The notes below the pieces were generated by a model. It did not search any database. It saw only the letters and a list, made by a program, of their open reading frames with translations, and was not told the DNA's origin. A stretch of DNA of 64,000 nt from Gemmatimonadales bacterium (GTDB lineage: Bacteria > Gemmatimonadota > Gemmatimonadetes > Gemmatimonadales > Gemmatimonadaceae). How positions within the stretch are numbered: the first letter of the stretch is position 1; each line of letters starts with the position of its first letter. The DNA lies in the NCBI GenBank assembly GCA_038319245.1, contig JBBQDB010000001.1:2679-66678 (forward strand). The letters are read 5' to 3'. Position numbers and translations under genes: made by a program. Below are positions 30,116-42,358 of this stretch, piece by piece.

Positions 30116-31480
30116 CTATGGATGTGCTAAGGCACGCGAGACTCGCCAAATGGTATTGCCGACGTCGTCTGCCACGAGGAGCCCGCCATGTGCATCGAGC
30201 GTCAGTCCCACCGGGCGACCCTGTGCGGTGTTGTCGCTGGTGAGGAATCCGGTCAGCACGTCCTGCGGCGGACCGTTGGGGGTGCCGTTCGCGAACGGTA
30301 CGAAAATGACCTTGTAGCCGCTGCGTGGATTGCGATTCCACGATCCATGCTGCCCGATAAACATCCCCTCGCCGATGCCCGGGAGCATCGCTCCGTGGGA
30401 CGGTAAAAGTCCGATCGATGCTGTGTGCGCGCCGAGCGCGTAGTCGGGTGTGACCGCCGTGGCGACGAGGTCGGGACGTGCGGGACTCACGCGCGTGTCG
30501 ACATGCTGTCCGAAGTAGCTGTACGGCCAGCCGTAAAATGCGCCCTCATGCACCGCGGTCATGTAATCGGGTACGAGATCGCCCCCCAACTCATCGCGCT
30601 CATTCACGGCGGCCCAGAGTGCGCCGCTGGTCGGTTCGATCGCAAGTCCGGCGGCATTGCGAAGCCCTGACGCGTAGACGCGATGTGTACCTGTCGCACG
30701 ATTCACGGCCCAGATCATCGCGCGATCGACCTCCTTATCCATCCCGTTTTCGGCGGCGTTGCTATTCGAGCCGATGCTGACAAAGATCGTGCTGCCGTCG
30801 GGCGAGGCGACGATCGTTTTGGTCCAATGGTGATTGAGCGTACCCGCCGGAAGCGCGATCAGTTCGACCCCGGGCGTCGTGATCGCGCGTGCGCCATCGA
30901 CGTACGTAAAGCGCATCACCGCATCACTGTTCGCGACGTACAGATCATGCCCGACGAGCGTCATGCCGAACGGTGAGTGCAGGCCACTGAGAAATATCTC
31001 GCGCGTTTCTGCTACGCCATCACCGTCCGCGTCGCGCAGCAACACGATGCGATCGGCACTTGGCGCTGCACCGCCACCGCGCTTTTGGAAGTACCGAAAG
31101 AACCACCCTTTGATACCGCGCCCATCATCGGGTTTCGGGGGTGCGTTGGTTTCGGCAACCAGCACGTCACCGTTGGGTAGCGTGTACAGGTAGCGCGGAT
31201 GCTGCAGGCCGCGAGCGAACGCATTGACGACCGTGCCTTCGCGTGCCGTTGGTGATGCGCCGTCGGTCCAGCCAACGGCTCGTGCGACGCGTGTGGTTGG
31301 AATCAGCGAGGAGACCGGCGCGGGAAGCTGCGGGTTCGCGCCGTAACCGGCGCTGATCGGAAGGCGCGCCAGTCCGCCGCACGCCACCAACGCAAAGGCG
31401 GTCAGGCTGACGATGGCGGCGTGGCGTGCGCTGTTCCGCAGGAGTGTTCGGTTCAAGTTCGCGGCGACGGTGAAGATCAT
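30116..31480 (-). CDS. L-sorbosone/glucose dehydrogenase (PQQ-dependent beta-propeller) family lipoprotein
   Basis: Lipobox LVA-C; NHHWTK, GSNSN, GLRN, NERDELG.DLVPDY, GAHTAS, HGSWNR, GRPVG. Start is ATG 31480 or TTG 31456. Confidence 0.88.
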   Translation of the reverse strand: MIFTVAANLNRTLLRNSARHAAIVSLTAFALVACGGLARLPISAGYGANPQLPAPVSSLIPTTRVARAVGWTDGASPTAREGTVVNAFARGLQHPRYLYTLPNGDVLVAETNAPPKPDDGRGIKGWFFRYFQKRGGGAAPSADRIVLLRDADGDGVAETREIFLSGLHSPFGMTLVGHDLYVANSDAVMRFTYVDGARAITTPGVELIALPAGTLNHHWTKTIVASPDGSTIFVSIGSNSNAAENGMDKEVDRAMIWAVNRATGTHRVYASGLRNAAGLAIEPTSGALWAAVNERDELGGDLVPDYMTAVHEGAFYGWPYSYFGQHVDTRVSPARPDLVATAVTPDYALGAHTASIGLLPSHGAMLPGIGEGMFIGQHGSWNRNPRSGYKVIFVPFANGTPNGPPQDVLTGFLTSDNTAQGRPVGLTLDAHGGLLVADDVGNTIWRVSRALAHP

Positions 31481-31493
31481 ACCGTATGACCTA

Positions 31494-31509
31494 AGCAAAG
31501 CCGGTGCCA
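31494..31509 (-). promoter_or_regulatory. Sigma-54 promoter of the sorbosone dehydrogenase gene
   Basis: Minus strand TGGCAC-CGGCT-TTGCT, a full consensus match. Confidence 0.78.
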
Positions 31510-31539
31510 GACTGATCGATGCAGCATTTGCGCGAACGC

Positions 31540-31555
31540 TGGCCTACTCTTTGCT
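31540..31555 (+). promoter_or_regulatory. Sigma-54 promoter of the AI-2E transporter gene
   Basis: TGGCCT-ACTCT-TTGCT, with GG-N10-GC spacing, 80 bp upstream of the ATG. Confidence 0.65.
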
Positions 31556-31635
31556 ACGTGCTCAGCAGGAGGCGCCGTGTTTGTGTGACCTACAACACGG
31601 CCTGACGAGGGTCCACCGCGCAGCGAAGGAATGAC

Positions 31636-34364
<2,729 letters not shown>

Positions 34365-34409
34365 GCTCCACGGTCGTCACTCAGGCCGTTCGACTGATTT
34401 GGGTGTAGC

Positions 34410-36128
34410 TCACCGTGCGTCGGGCATCACCGTTGGCCACGCCAGCGGAACACCGTCGCGTGTAAGCTGCGCCTGAAAGTCACGAAGCAGCGACTCGTCG
34501 TTTCGCACAGCTCGCGGTGGTTGTCGACGCGCCAGACAGAACGCGACGAGGCCACCGACACTCTCGCCGATGTTCCACTCAATCGGATGCAGACGATAGC
34601 AACCGTTCGTTAGGTGAGTGACGCCTAGGTTTTTACAGGCCGGCAGCAGGTTTTCGATTCGGCGCGGAATGAGCGCGCCAAGTGGGATCTGAAAGGGCAG
34701 TGTCTCTCCGTACTGCCCGCGATCGCCGCGCGTCGTGAGATGCAGGTCCATGCTGTAGTGCCCAATGCCCACCGAGTCACGAAAGGGCAAGGCGGTCACG
34801 TTCGCGCGCGCCAGTCGCGTCTCATTCATTCGCGCCCTCGCCGTGACGTGCTGCTCGAGTACCGTGAACTCTGCCAGTATGCGTCGACTCTCGCGAATGT
34901 AGGGATGCATCGCGAGACCGTCGGCGGTCCCCACGACATCGGGTCGAAGGCGCAATCCTCTCCACCCCGCGCCACCGTCAGGACGCGGTGCTTCGGTCTG
35001 CATCCAGTACAATAGCGAAAGGCTCTGCTGCTTCGCTCGCGTAATGTGACGTGCCGCTGTTGTCGCGTCGACGTCACAGAGCGATCCAAACGAATAGTCG
35101 TTTTGTGCCTGATTCACGATGGTGATGTCGCTCGCGATCGAACCCGGTATGAATAAGTCGCGGTCGATGACGCGGCGATACGACCAATAGCCCTTTCGTG
35201 TGTCCGGGTCGAACCCGATGCGCTTCGAATCAGGATCGTCGAGGCTGAGCAGGCGGTAGCGTTTCCGGTCTGCGGCTTCGAGGTACAGATCGCGCCAGAA
35301 CGCGTACTCGCTCGGTCGGTCGATCACATGATCTTCACCCGGCAGATAGTCCATGGCGAAGCACATTGTGAAACTCTGCATGTTGTCCGGCTGTGCTTCA
35401 GGCTTCGCGTGAGGTTCGCCGGTCATCGCCCGTGACTCCGCGCCTACTACATACTCGGCGCCGGTCATGGGCAGCATGTCACCCAGTTCGGTCGCGTCGG
35501 CAAAGTACGGTGCGCGTAAAGTGATCTCGCGACCGTCCGCTGCACTTTGCACTTGTACGGCCAGCACGCGGTCAGCGTGCACCTCGGCTCGTAGGGCTTT
35601 GTATCGCGTGAGAATGCGCAGTTGTCCGCTATGGACGTACGGCGCGAGCATCTCTTGCAGCACAGCCAGCGCGACTCGCGGTTCACAGCAAAGTCGCGAC
35701 ACCCATCCGTTACCTGGATTGAGCCGCGCGTTGGTCTTCGCGCGCTCGGTGAGCGGCGTGTGGCTCCGGTAGTAGTCACGGATGCCTGAACGTAAGGCGA
35801 GATAGCTGCGCGTAGCGCCGATCGTTTCGATCCACGCATTCTCGTCTGGTGGAACGGCCTGTTGCGTAAGCTGCCCACCGATCCACTCGGTTTCCTCGGT
35901 CATGATCACGCGCAGATTGCTGCGCGCCGCCGAGAGTGCGGCCGCGCACCCGCCAAGCCCTCCGCCAACGATCACCAGGTCGGCTTCCAACTCGGCAGCC
36001 GACGAACGCGTGGAGCGCGTCAACGGCATCGCACAGCCCGTTGCGCCGAGCAGTGCGGGGATAGAAAGCGCAGGCACCGCACGCGCGATGTCTGTGACGA
36101 ATGTGCGACGCGTGATGCGAGCGTTCAT
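34410..36128 (-). CDS. FAD-dependent oxidoreductase (FAD_oxidored family) with Tat signal
   Basis: TRRTFV twin-arginine motif, GGGLGG, WIGGQLTQQAVPPDE, DATELGD, YIRESRR, TH.TNGCYRLHP.EWNIGE. Confidence 0.85.
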   Translation of the reverse strand: MNARITRRTFVTDIARAVPALSIPALLGATGCAMPLTRSTRSSAAELEADLVIVGGGLGGCAAALSAARSNLRVIMTEETEWIGGQLTQQAVPPDENAWIETIGATRSYLALRSGIRDYYRSHTPLTERAKTNARLNPGNGWVSRLCCEPRVALAVLQEMLAPYVHSGQLRILTRYKALRAEVHADRVLAVQVQSAADGREITLRAPYFADATELGDMLPMTGAEYVVGAESRAMTGEPHAKPEAQPDNMQSFTMCFAMDYLPGEDHVIDRPSEYAFWRDLYLEAADRKRYRLLSLDDPDSKRIGFDPDTRKGYWSYRRVIDRDLFIPGSIASDITIVNQAQNDYSFGSLCDVDATTAARHITRAKQQSLSLLYWMQTEAPRPDGGAGWRGLRLRPDVVGTADGLAMHPYIRESRRILAEFTVLEQHVTARARMNETRLARANVTALPFRDSVGIGHYSMDLHLTTRGDRGQYGETLPFQIPLGALIPRRIENLLPACKNLGVTHLTNGCYRLHPIEWNIGESVGGLVAFCLARRQPPRAVRNDESLLRDFQAQLTRDGVPLAWPTVMPDAR

Positions 36129-36198
36129 GCGGTCTTCGACAAGATTGAGATGCGGTGGGCGGCGACAGGCACATGTCACCGATCGTCACCGCAACGGC

Positions 36199-36247
36199 AA
36201 AAGAAACGACACGACCCCGGCGAAGCTCGCCGGGGTCGTGTCGTTTC
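36199..36247 (-). terminator. Rho-independent terminator of the susC-susD-DUF4397 operon
   Basis: Perfect 21-bp stem (36203-36223 / 36227-36247), 3-nt loop, followed by a T-run on the minus strand, 22 bp after the stop codon. Confidence 0.85.
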
Positions 36248-36268
36248 GCAAATCCGAGTGTTGAGGTG

Positions 36269-37039
36269 CTATCGGTTAAGCGTGTTATCCAGCACCGGTC
36301 GATTTGTCAGCGTCGTGCTCACTACGGTGATATCGCCACGCGCACCGATGGTGTACACACGCCCCGCGACGAACGACACCGCGGTACGCGTGATGAGGTT
36401 CGTGCTCGAACCAGGCGTCCGTGCGTTGAGATCGTAGATGCCGTTCGGTAACGGGACGAATGTACCGCCGGCCTTGTATGCGACCGTTCCGCCCACTGGG
36501 ACTTCTGCACCCGTGGTGGTGTTTTTCGCGTACAGTACCATTGGGCTCGAGTTCGAAATCGCGTTGACGAACCGCACTGACGCGTTGTTGAAGTCGATCG
36601 CTGCGTCGAACGGGTCTTCGACGATAAAGCCTTCGACCGTTTTCGCGGTCGCATCGTAAAAGCCGCTCATGTACACCGAGTAGCTCTTTCCGTCAACGAT
36701 CGTGCCGGTGACTTTCGCAATCGCAAGATCCTTATCGGTCGCCGCCGAAATCTTGCCAGTGAAGGTGTACTGCCCCGGCTGAATCCCACCGTAAAAGCCG
36801 CCCGACCCGACGCTGCCGTACGCGACGCCGGTGACCGCTTCTACGCCGGATGCCGACGTGATCGCCGTCATTTTGGTGTCGTTCGCGTAGAAGTTCACCG
36901 ACGGCGCGTTTACGCCGAAGTTGAAGAACTTCACCTTGGAGGCAGGCAAGGTTCCGGTGATGTTCTGGACGGCATTCTTATCGCACGCCGCAAGTGCGGC
37001 AACGCAGAGCAGCGTTGCAAGAGTTCGGAATGTCTTCAT
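36269..37039 (-). CDS. DUF4397-like surface lipoprotein
   Basis: Lipobox LAA-C; two repeats with VKFFN..VNAP / VRFVNA and YS(V)Y / YTI.ARG motifs; directly downstream of susD. Confidence 0.75.
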   Translation of the reverse strand: MKTFRTLATLLCVAALAACDKNAVQNITGTLPASKVKFFNFGVNAPSVNFYANDTKMTAITSASGVEAVTGVAYGSVGSGGFYGGIQPGQYTFTGKISAATDKDLAIAKVTGTIVDGKSYSVYMSGFYDATAKTVEGFIVEDPFDAAIDFNNASVRFVNAISNSSPMVLYAKNTTTGAEVPVGGTVAYKAGGTFVPLPNGIYDLNARTPGSSTNLITRTAVSFVAGRVYTIGARGDITVVSTTLTNRPVLDNTLNR

Positions 37040-37046
37040 TGATCGT

Positions 37047-38627
37047 TTACGGTTGAGTGATCCAGAGCGGCTTCGTGTGGTAATCCAGCGCGTCGCCACC
37101 AATGGCCTTAAGCGCAGGGAGATTCCACACATACTCGGAGTTGAAGCGCGGGCGGATGCGCTGCACAATCTTGGCGCCGTTATCCGGATACAGATTTGTC
37201 GGCGTGGTGAAGCCTGGGAACACCTGCTGGCCGCTGGCCGGATCGATGTCGGTGTAGTTGTAGCGACGCAGATCCATCCAGATTTCGTTGTGCCCCCATC
37301 CCCATAGCGCGATGTACTTCTGCGACATGATCTGCGTCAGCGTCAACGCGCCGGCGTTGGTCGGAATGATTGCAGTGCTCGCGAGGAACGCCGCCTTTTC
37401 CGCCGGCGTGATCTGCGTTGGAGCTTGTCCGTTGTCGAGATTGCGCGCGTTCACCCAATCCATGTGCGCCGACACGCCGGCCGTGTACGCCGATAACGCG
37501 GTGCCCTTGTCACCCAGTTTGTACGCCGCTTCTGCCTTGATGAACTGCAGCTCTGCAAACGTCACGACTGGCAGCTTGGAGCGATCGTCGAAGATGTAGC
37601 GAGACGGCGTCGGCGTTCCGGTGGTGCCGGGGTACCCCATGAAATTGTTCGGCTGTTGCGCCGTGGTGAGCGCGCCAAAACCAATCACGTTCACATCCAG
37701 GCCACGGTACTGACCGTCTGGTGACGGTGACAGCATGCGCGACATGCGAGGGTCCACCACTCCGCCGAACGCAGTGCCGTTCATGAGCCCAAGCACGAAG
37801 GCAGTCTGCCGATAGGAGCGGATGTTGTTACGCGTGAAGCCGAGGAAGTTGGCATCCGAGTTGTCGGCCGAAATCCACGGATACGCCATCAGCGCATCGT
37901 CGGCATTGCTGGCGAATGAGAGATTCACGGCCGCAATGACGTCGGCGGGCTTGTACGACGCCTTACGCGAATAGTGGTTGAGATTGATGGCCAACATGGC
38001 GTAGGCCAGCTTCAACCACTTCGTACGGTCACCTTGGTACATCTTGTCGGTCCGACCCAAATACGCTTGGTCTACGGCGCCGTCGGTGCGCTTGAGATTT
38101 TCAATCGCCTTGTTGAGCAGGCGCTGAATTTCTGTATACGCGTACTCCTGCGAGTCGTAGTTGAACGAGAACTTGGACGGATCGATTGCTTCCTTGACGA
38201 TGATCTCGCCGTGCAGATCGGTGGTCACCTGAAAGCCCCACGCCTTCAGCACGAAACCGACGCCTAAGATGTCCCAGCGCTGCTCCGCCTCGGCCTTGGT
38301 CATCATGTCGACGAGGTTCTGGCCCAATGACCAGTACACATCGCGCCACTGTTGCGCGCCGTTGTCGCTCGACGGGTCGTAACCCATGCGGTCCCACGTG
38401 CTCAGCGATGCGCCCGGCAGCGTCCACTCCTGCGCGTACCGGCCGACAAAGCGCCCGTCGTATTGCGGAGAGGTAACCATCCAATGCAGCATCGGTGCGA
38501 GGTACAGATTCGCCGATACTGTCTGCGGTCCGTTCGGGTTGTTGTTGACGTCCAGAAATTCTTTGCAGCTGGAGGCGGATAGCGACAGGGCGCCGACCGC
38601 GAGAGCGATACGAATATTCTTCTTCAT
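37047..38627 (-). CDS. SusD/RagB-family nutrient-binding lipoprotein
   Basis: SSC.EFLDVNNNPN, TDLHGEI, KW.KLA, AELQFIKAEA, IMSQKYIA, W.DLRR. Confidence 0.9.
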   Translation of the reverse strand: MKKNIRIALAVGALSLSASSCKEFLDVNNNPNGPQTVSANLYLAPMLHWMVTSPQYDGRFVGRYAQEWTLPGASLSTWDRMGYDPSSDNGAQQWRDVYWSLGQNLVDMMTKAEAEQRWDILGVGFVLKAWGFQVTTDLHGEIIVKEAIDPSKFSFNYDSQEYAYTEIQRLLNKAIENLKRTDGAVDQAYLGRTDKMYQGDRTKWLKLAYAMLAINLNHYSRKASYKPADVIAAVNLSFASNADDALMAYPWISADNSDANFLGFTRNNIRSYRQTAFVLGLMNGTAFGGVVDPRMSRMLSPSPDGQYRGLDVNVIGFGALTTAQQPNNFMGYPGTTGTPTPSRYIFDDRSKLPVVTFAELQFIKAEAAYKLGDKGTALSAYTAGVSAHMDWVNARNLDNGQAPTQITPAEKAAFLASTAIIPTNAGALTLTQIMSQKYIALWGWGHNEIWMDLRRYNYTDIDPASGQQVFPGFTTPTNLYPDNGAKIVQRIRPRFNSEYVWNLPALKAIGGDALDYHTKPLWITQP

Positions 38628-38630
38628 CGG

Positions 38631-41600
38631 TCAGTATCCCATCTTGAGGCCAAAGGCGAAGCCGCGCGGCATCGGGAAGTTGCCGAAGTCGATGCCCACG
38701 CCGCCTGAACCACCAACCGCGGCGCTATTGCCGTTCACGATCGGATCAAGGCCGGAGTAGTTGGTAAAGAGAAGCAGATCGGTGCCCGTGACATAGAAGC
38801 TGGCATCGCGTGCCTTGAGGAATTTGCTCGGCAGCGGAAAGCTCAGCGTCACGTCGCGCAAGCGCACCCAGTTGATGTTCTTTTCGATGAACAGCTCTTC
38901 ACTGATGTTCGTGTAGTAGCTGGTCTGTACGGCCGGAATCACGATGATGTTGTTCGGTGTCGGCGTTGCACTGTTTTCCTTACCGTCGCGCAAGACGCCG
39001 GCGATCACGCGCGGCTTGTCGCGGTCGAGCGTGCGGTTGCTGAGGCCACGCGTGGTGAGGAAGTGCTCGGTCGCATTGAACACATCGCCCCCGCGGCGAA
39101 TGTCCACCAGGAAGCTCAGCGTCGCCTTTTTGTACTTGAACTTGTTGGTAAGACCGATCGTAAAATTCGGCTGACGATCGTAGCCGCCGTCGACGAAGGC
39201 CGTGGACCGAAGCGGCAAGCCCGACGTCGGGTCGATCAGAATGCTCTTCTTGTCGGCCGTCCGCAGATAGAACTGTCCAGTGAGCGAGCGCGTCGAGAAG
39301 CCCGGGGTCACGCCGTTGCGCACGTTTCCATACAGCCACGTATCCGACACGTACGATTCCGGCAGCGCGTTCGGCAGCGCGAGCACTTTACCGCGTGCGC
39401 GTTCGAAGTTCGCCAACACATCCCACGAGAAATTGCGGGTCAGCGCCGGCGTAATACGCAGCGTTGCTTCAAGGCCCGTATTACGTGTGGATGCGCCGTT
39501 CAGATTGAAGAGAATGAACCCAGTAGCGTAGCTGCCGCGGATGTCATTCACGATCTGATTCGTCGTCTCCTTGTTGTACGTCGTCACGTCGATGCCGAGT
39601 CGGTCCTTGAAGAAGCTCAACTCCGTGCCGTACTCGTACGAGCGCGCGAACTCCGGGCCAAGGTTGACGTTCGGTCCGGTGAAGCCGTAGCCATAGCCGC
39701 CATTCGACGTCGTCTTGTACTCCAGCGACGGGCTGTACGCATATGGGCGCGCATCTTTGCCAACGCGCGCATAACTCGCGCGCAACTTGCCGGTCATGAA
39801 TCGACCGATAGACGGAATCGCGTCCGAGAACACGAAGCTGCCCTGAACCGATGGATAGAAGAACGAGTTGCGGACGACCGGAATCGTCGACGTCCAGTCG
39901 TTACGACCTGTGGCGGTGACGAACAGATAGTCGTTGTACGACAGCGTGGCGCTGCCGAACGCACTGACGAGGCGACGCTGCGTCAGCGTGGTGAGTGTGC
40001 TGCGATTTGTCGTGTTGTTGAGCGAGACGAAGTTCGGATCCAAGAACTGGTTACCGACCAAGCCCTGCACCTGCGACCGCTGGTCGATAATCTGATTCCC
40101 GACGAGTCCCGTCAGCGAGAGTCCGCGGCCGAGATCGATGCGGTTCACGTTGAACAATGTTTGCGCCGAGAGGTTACGTACCACGTCCGTCGCGTTATCG
40201 AGAATGCCGCCGTTGTCAAAACCGGCCGCGCTTTCCGGATCGCGCTTGATGACGTTCTCGTTGGTGTAGCTGTCCGAGCCAATGTTGGTCTTGAAGTAGC
40301 CCCAGCTGAATGGCGTCAGCACCAGCCCGAGGTTCGCGACCAAGCGGTTGTTGCGCTGCGACTGGAGATTGCGGTACAGACTGAAATACGGGTTGTCCGT
40401 TTCTGTGCTGGTGCCGAGTGCCGTGATGCGGCGACGCGTGCCCGCTGGGCTGAGATAATCCTTCGCGTTGTCCGTCTGCGGCCAGAGCAACAGGTTGATA
40501 AGCGGGCCGTTGCTGCCTTTGAGCGGCTGCTTGTTGTCCGCCGCTGCGTATTGCATCGAGAGGTCGGTCTTGAGCCAGCTCGTCACCTGTGCACCGGCCG
40601 CACCCGTCAGGTTGTAGCGCGTGTAATCGGTATTCGGGATCACGCTCCCCTGCGAGTTTGCCGCGAGTCCTACACGATAATTCACGCGTGAGTCCGGCGA
40701 CGCGCCGCTGAAGGTCACGTTGTGCTGCTGCGACAACGACTGCTGGAAGAAGCCGTCGACGTTGTTGTAGAACTTTGTACCCGGCGCATACGGGTTACCG
40801 AAATACGAGAACGAACCGAGCACGTTACCCGCGACCGACGTCGGGCCGTACGTCTGCTGGATCTCAGGCTGCGCGCGCGTATTGTCGATACGGAAGCGGT
40901 TCGAGTACTCAAAACCGCCAGCGCCCGGCTTGCCGCGCTTGGTCGTGATCACAATCGCGCCGTTAGCCGCATCGATGCCGTAAAGCGCGGCGGCTTCCGG
41001 ACCCTTGAGCACGACCATGCTCTCGATGTCTTCCGGATTGATGTCGGCAGCGCGATTGGTAAAGTCGATGTTGCGATTGCTGAACGCGGTGTTGGAGCCG
41101 GGACGATCAGAACCAAGCACACCCGTATTGAGCGTCTTGTTGTCGAGCGGCAACCCGTCGATGATCATCAACGGTTGATTGCTCGAACTGATCGAGCTGA
41201 CGCCGCGGATGGTGATGGACGATGACGCACCGGGCACGCCCGAGGTGCTCACGACTTCAACACCGGCGACCCGCCCCTGCAAGCCGTTGATGAAGTTCTC
41301 ACGACCGGTTGCGGCGACGTCGCTGCCCATGACTGTTTGCTGCGACACGCCCAAACTGCGCTGCGAGGTGGTCTGGCCGAGTGCCGTCACGACCATCGCA
41401 TCGAGCGAGGTTGCGAATTTCTTGAGTTGAACGTTGATGACGTTGTCCGCGCCAACGGTGCGTTCTTCCGGCAAGTTACCGAGCAGTCGGAATTGCAAGA
41501 CCTGACCGACGGCAGCGCGTACGGAGTAGTTGCCGTCGCTGTTGCTCGACCCGCCGGTGCTGGTGCCTTTCACGACGACCGCGACGCCGGGTACCGGCGC

Positions 41601-41705
41601 ACCAGTCTCACTCGTGATCTTGCCCGTCACAGTCTTCTGCTGCGCTGCCGCTTGGGCCGCGAGGAAGAGCGTGCCCATGAACACCATGAGTACTCTTTTC
41701 ATCAT
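38631..41705 (-). CDS. SusC/RagA-family TonB-dependent outer membrane transporter
   Basis: Signal peptide, N-terminal carboxypeptidase-like domain, VVTALG, DINPEDIES..VLKGPEAAALYG..AANGAIVITTKRG signature, C-terminal aromatic residue. Confidence 0.93.
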   Translation of the reverse strand: MMKRVLMVFMGTLFLAAQAAAQQKTVTGKITSETGAPVPGVAVVVKGTSTGGSSNSDGNYSVRAAVGQVLQFRLLGNLPEERTVGADNVINVQLKKFATSLDAMVVTALGQTTSQRSLGVSQQTVMGSDVAATGRENFINGLQGRVAGVEVVSTSGVPGASSSITIRGVSSISSSNQPLMIIDGLPLDNKTLNTGVLGSDRPGSNTAFSNRNIDFTNRAADINPEDIESMVVLKGPEAAALYGIDAANGAIVITTKRGKPGAGGFEYSNRFRIDNTRAQPEIQQTYGPTSVAGNVLGSFSYFGNPYAPGTKFYNNVDGFFQQSLSQQHNVTFSGASPDSRVNYRVGLAANSQGSVIPNTDYTRYNLTGAAGAQVTSWLKTDLSMQYAAADNKQPLKGSNGPLINLLLWPQTDNAKDYLSPAGTRRRITALGTSTETDNPYFSLYRNLQSQRNNRLVANLGLVLTPFSWGYFKTNIGSDSYTNENVIKRDPESAAGFDNGGILDNATDVVRNLSAQTLFNVNRIDLGRGLSLTGLVGNQIIDQRSQVQGLVGNQFLDPNFVSLNNTTNRSTLTTLTQRRLVSAFGSATLSYNDYLFVTATGRNDWTSTIPVVRNSFFYPSVQGSFVFSDAIPSIGRFMTGKLRASYARVGKDARPYAYSPSLEYKTTSNGGYGYGFTGPNVNLGPEFARSYEYGTELSFFKDRLGIDVTTYNKETTNQIVNDIRGSYATGFILFNLNGASTRNTGLEATLRITPALTRNFSWDVLANFERARGKVLALPNALPESYVSDTWLYGNVRNGVTPGFSTRSLTGQFYLRTADKKSILIDPTSGLPLRSTAFVDGGYDRQPNFTIGLTNKFKYKKATLSFLVDIRRGGDVFNATEHFLTTRGLSNRTLDRDKPRVIAGVLRDGKENSATPTPNNIIVIPAVQTSYYTNISEELFIEKNINWVRLRDVTLSFPLPSKFLKARDASFYVTGTDLLLFTNYSGLDPIVNGNSAAVGGSGGVGIDFGNFPMPRGFAFGLKMGY

Positions 41706-42192
41706 AATGAGGTGTACCAAAAATTGGTGAACGGTGAATCATCGGTCGGCCACCCGCCTGCAGCAGGCGGAGCGGATGCGAGGGGAGAGCCGATTCGCGC
41801 GCGAGGAATGACGGTGCGGATAGCGGAGAGTCGACGACGATGGCGCGTCGGAGCATGCGCGTCGATCGTGCGCTGGCACGTGGAGGGGTCGGTGGTGGTT
41901 GGAGCGTCTCCGATGCAAACCGTCGAACGGCCGTCGCGGTCACAGTCGTCGCGGTCACAGTCGTCGCGACCGCGTGTGGGGCTGGCACAGGTCGACGCAT
42001 TTCGCACCGCACGATTCGCGCGCTCGCAAACGAGTCGATGAGCGCCCGGTGCGCCGAAACGTGCGAACGATGCGGAGGGAGGCGAGACGGGTCGGCCCGG
42101 GAAAGGATAGATGCCACTCCTGCGCACACTCGGCCGAAGCGGCGGCCCATTGGGTTCACAGAGCCGCCGACCGTGCCTGCTAAGAGAGGGCT

Positions 42193-42221
42193 AACATATT
42201 CCCGGAATAAAATGCTGTCAA
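42193..42221 (-). promoter_or_regulatory. Sigma-70 promoter facing susC
   Basis: Minus strand TTGACA (42221-42216), 17-nt spacer, TATGTT (42198-42193). Confidence 0.7.
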
Positions 42222-42282
42222 ATACCGTCGACGTCGGGTTTCACTCGGAAAATGCACAAGTGCTGAGACATGCTGACCTCGC

Positions 42283-42311
42283 TTGAGCCTCCATACTATG
42301 CGTCGCATACT
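42283..42311 (+). promoter_or_regulatory. Sigma-70-like promoter of the Phi-1-like gene
   Basis: TTGAGC-N17-CATACT, followed by a GGAGG Shine-Dalgarno before ATG 42359. Confidence 0.5.
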
Positions 42312-42358
42312 CACCACTCGGCGAGTGCAGTGCACATTCTGCGGAGGAGTCATCGACG

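Noticed and set aside
34365-34415. tRNA-like words (GTTCGA, TAGCTCA) after argG
   Set aside because: Wrong order and no cloverleaf stems.
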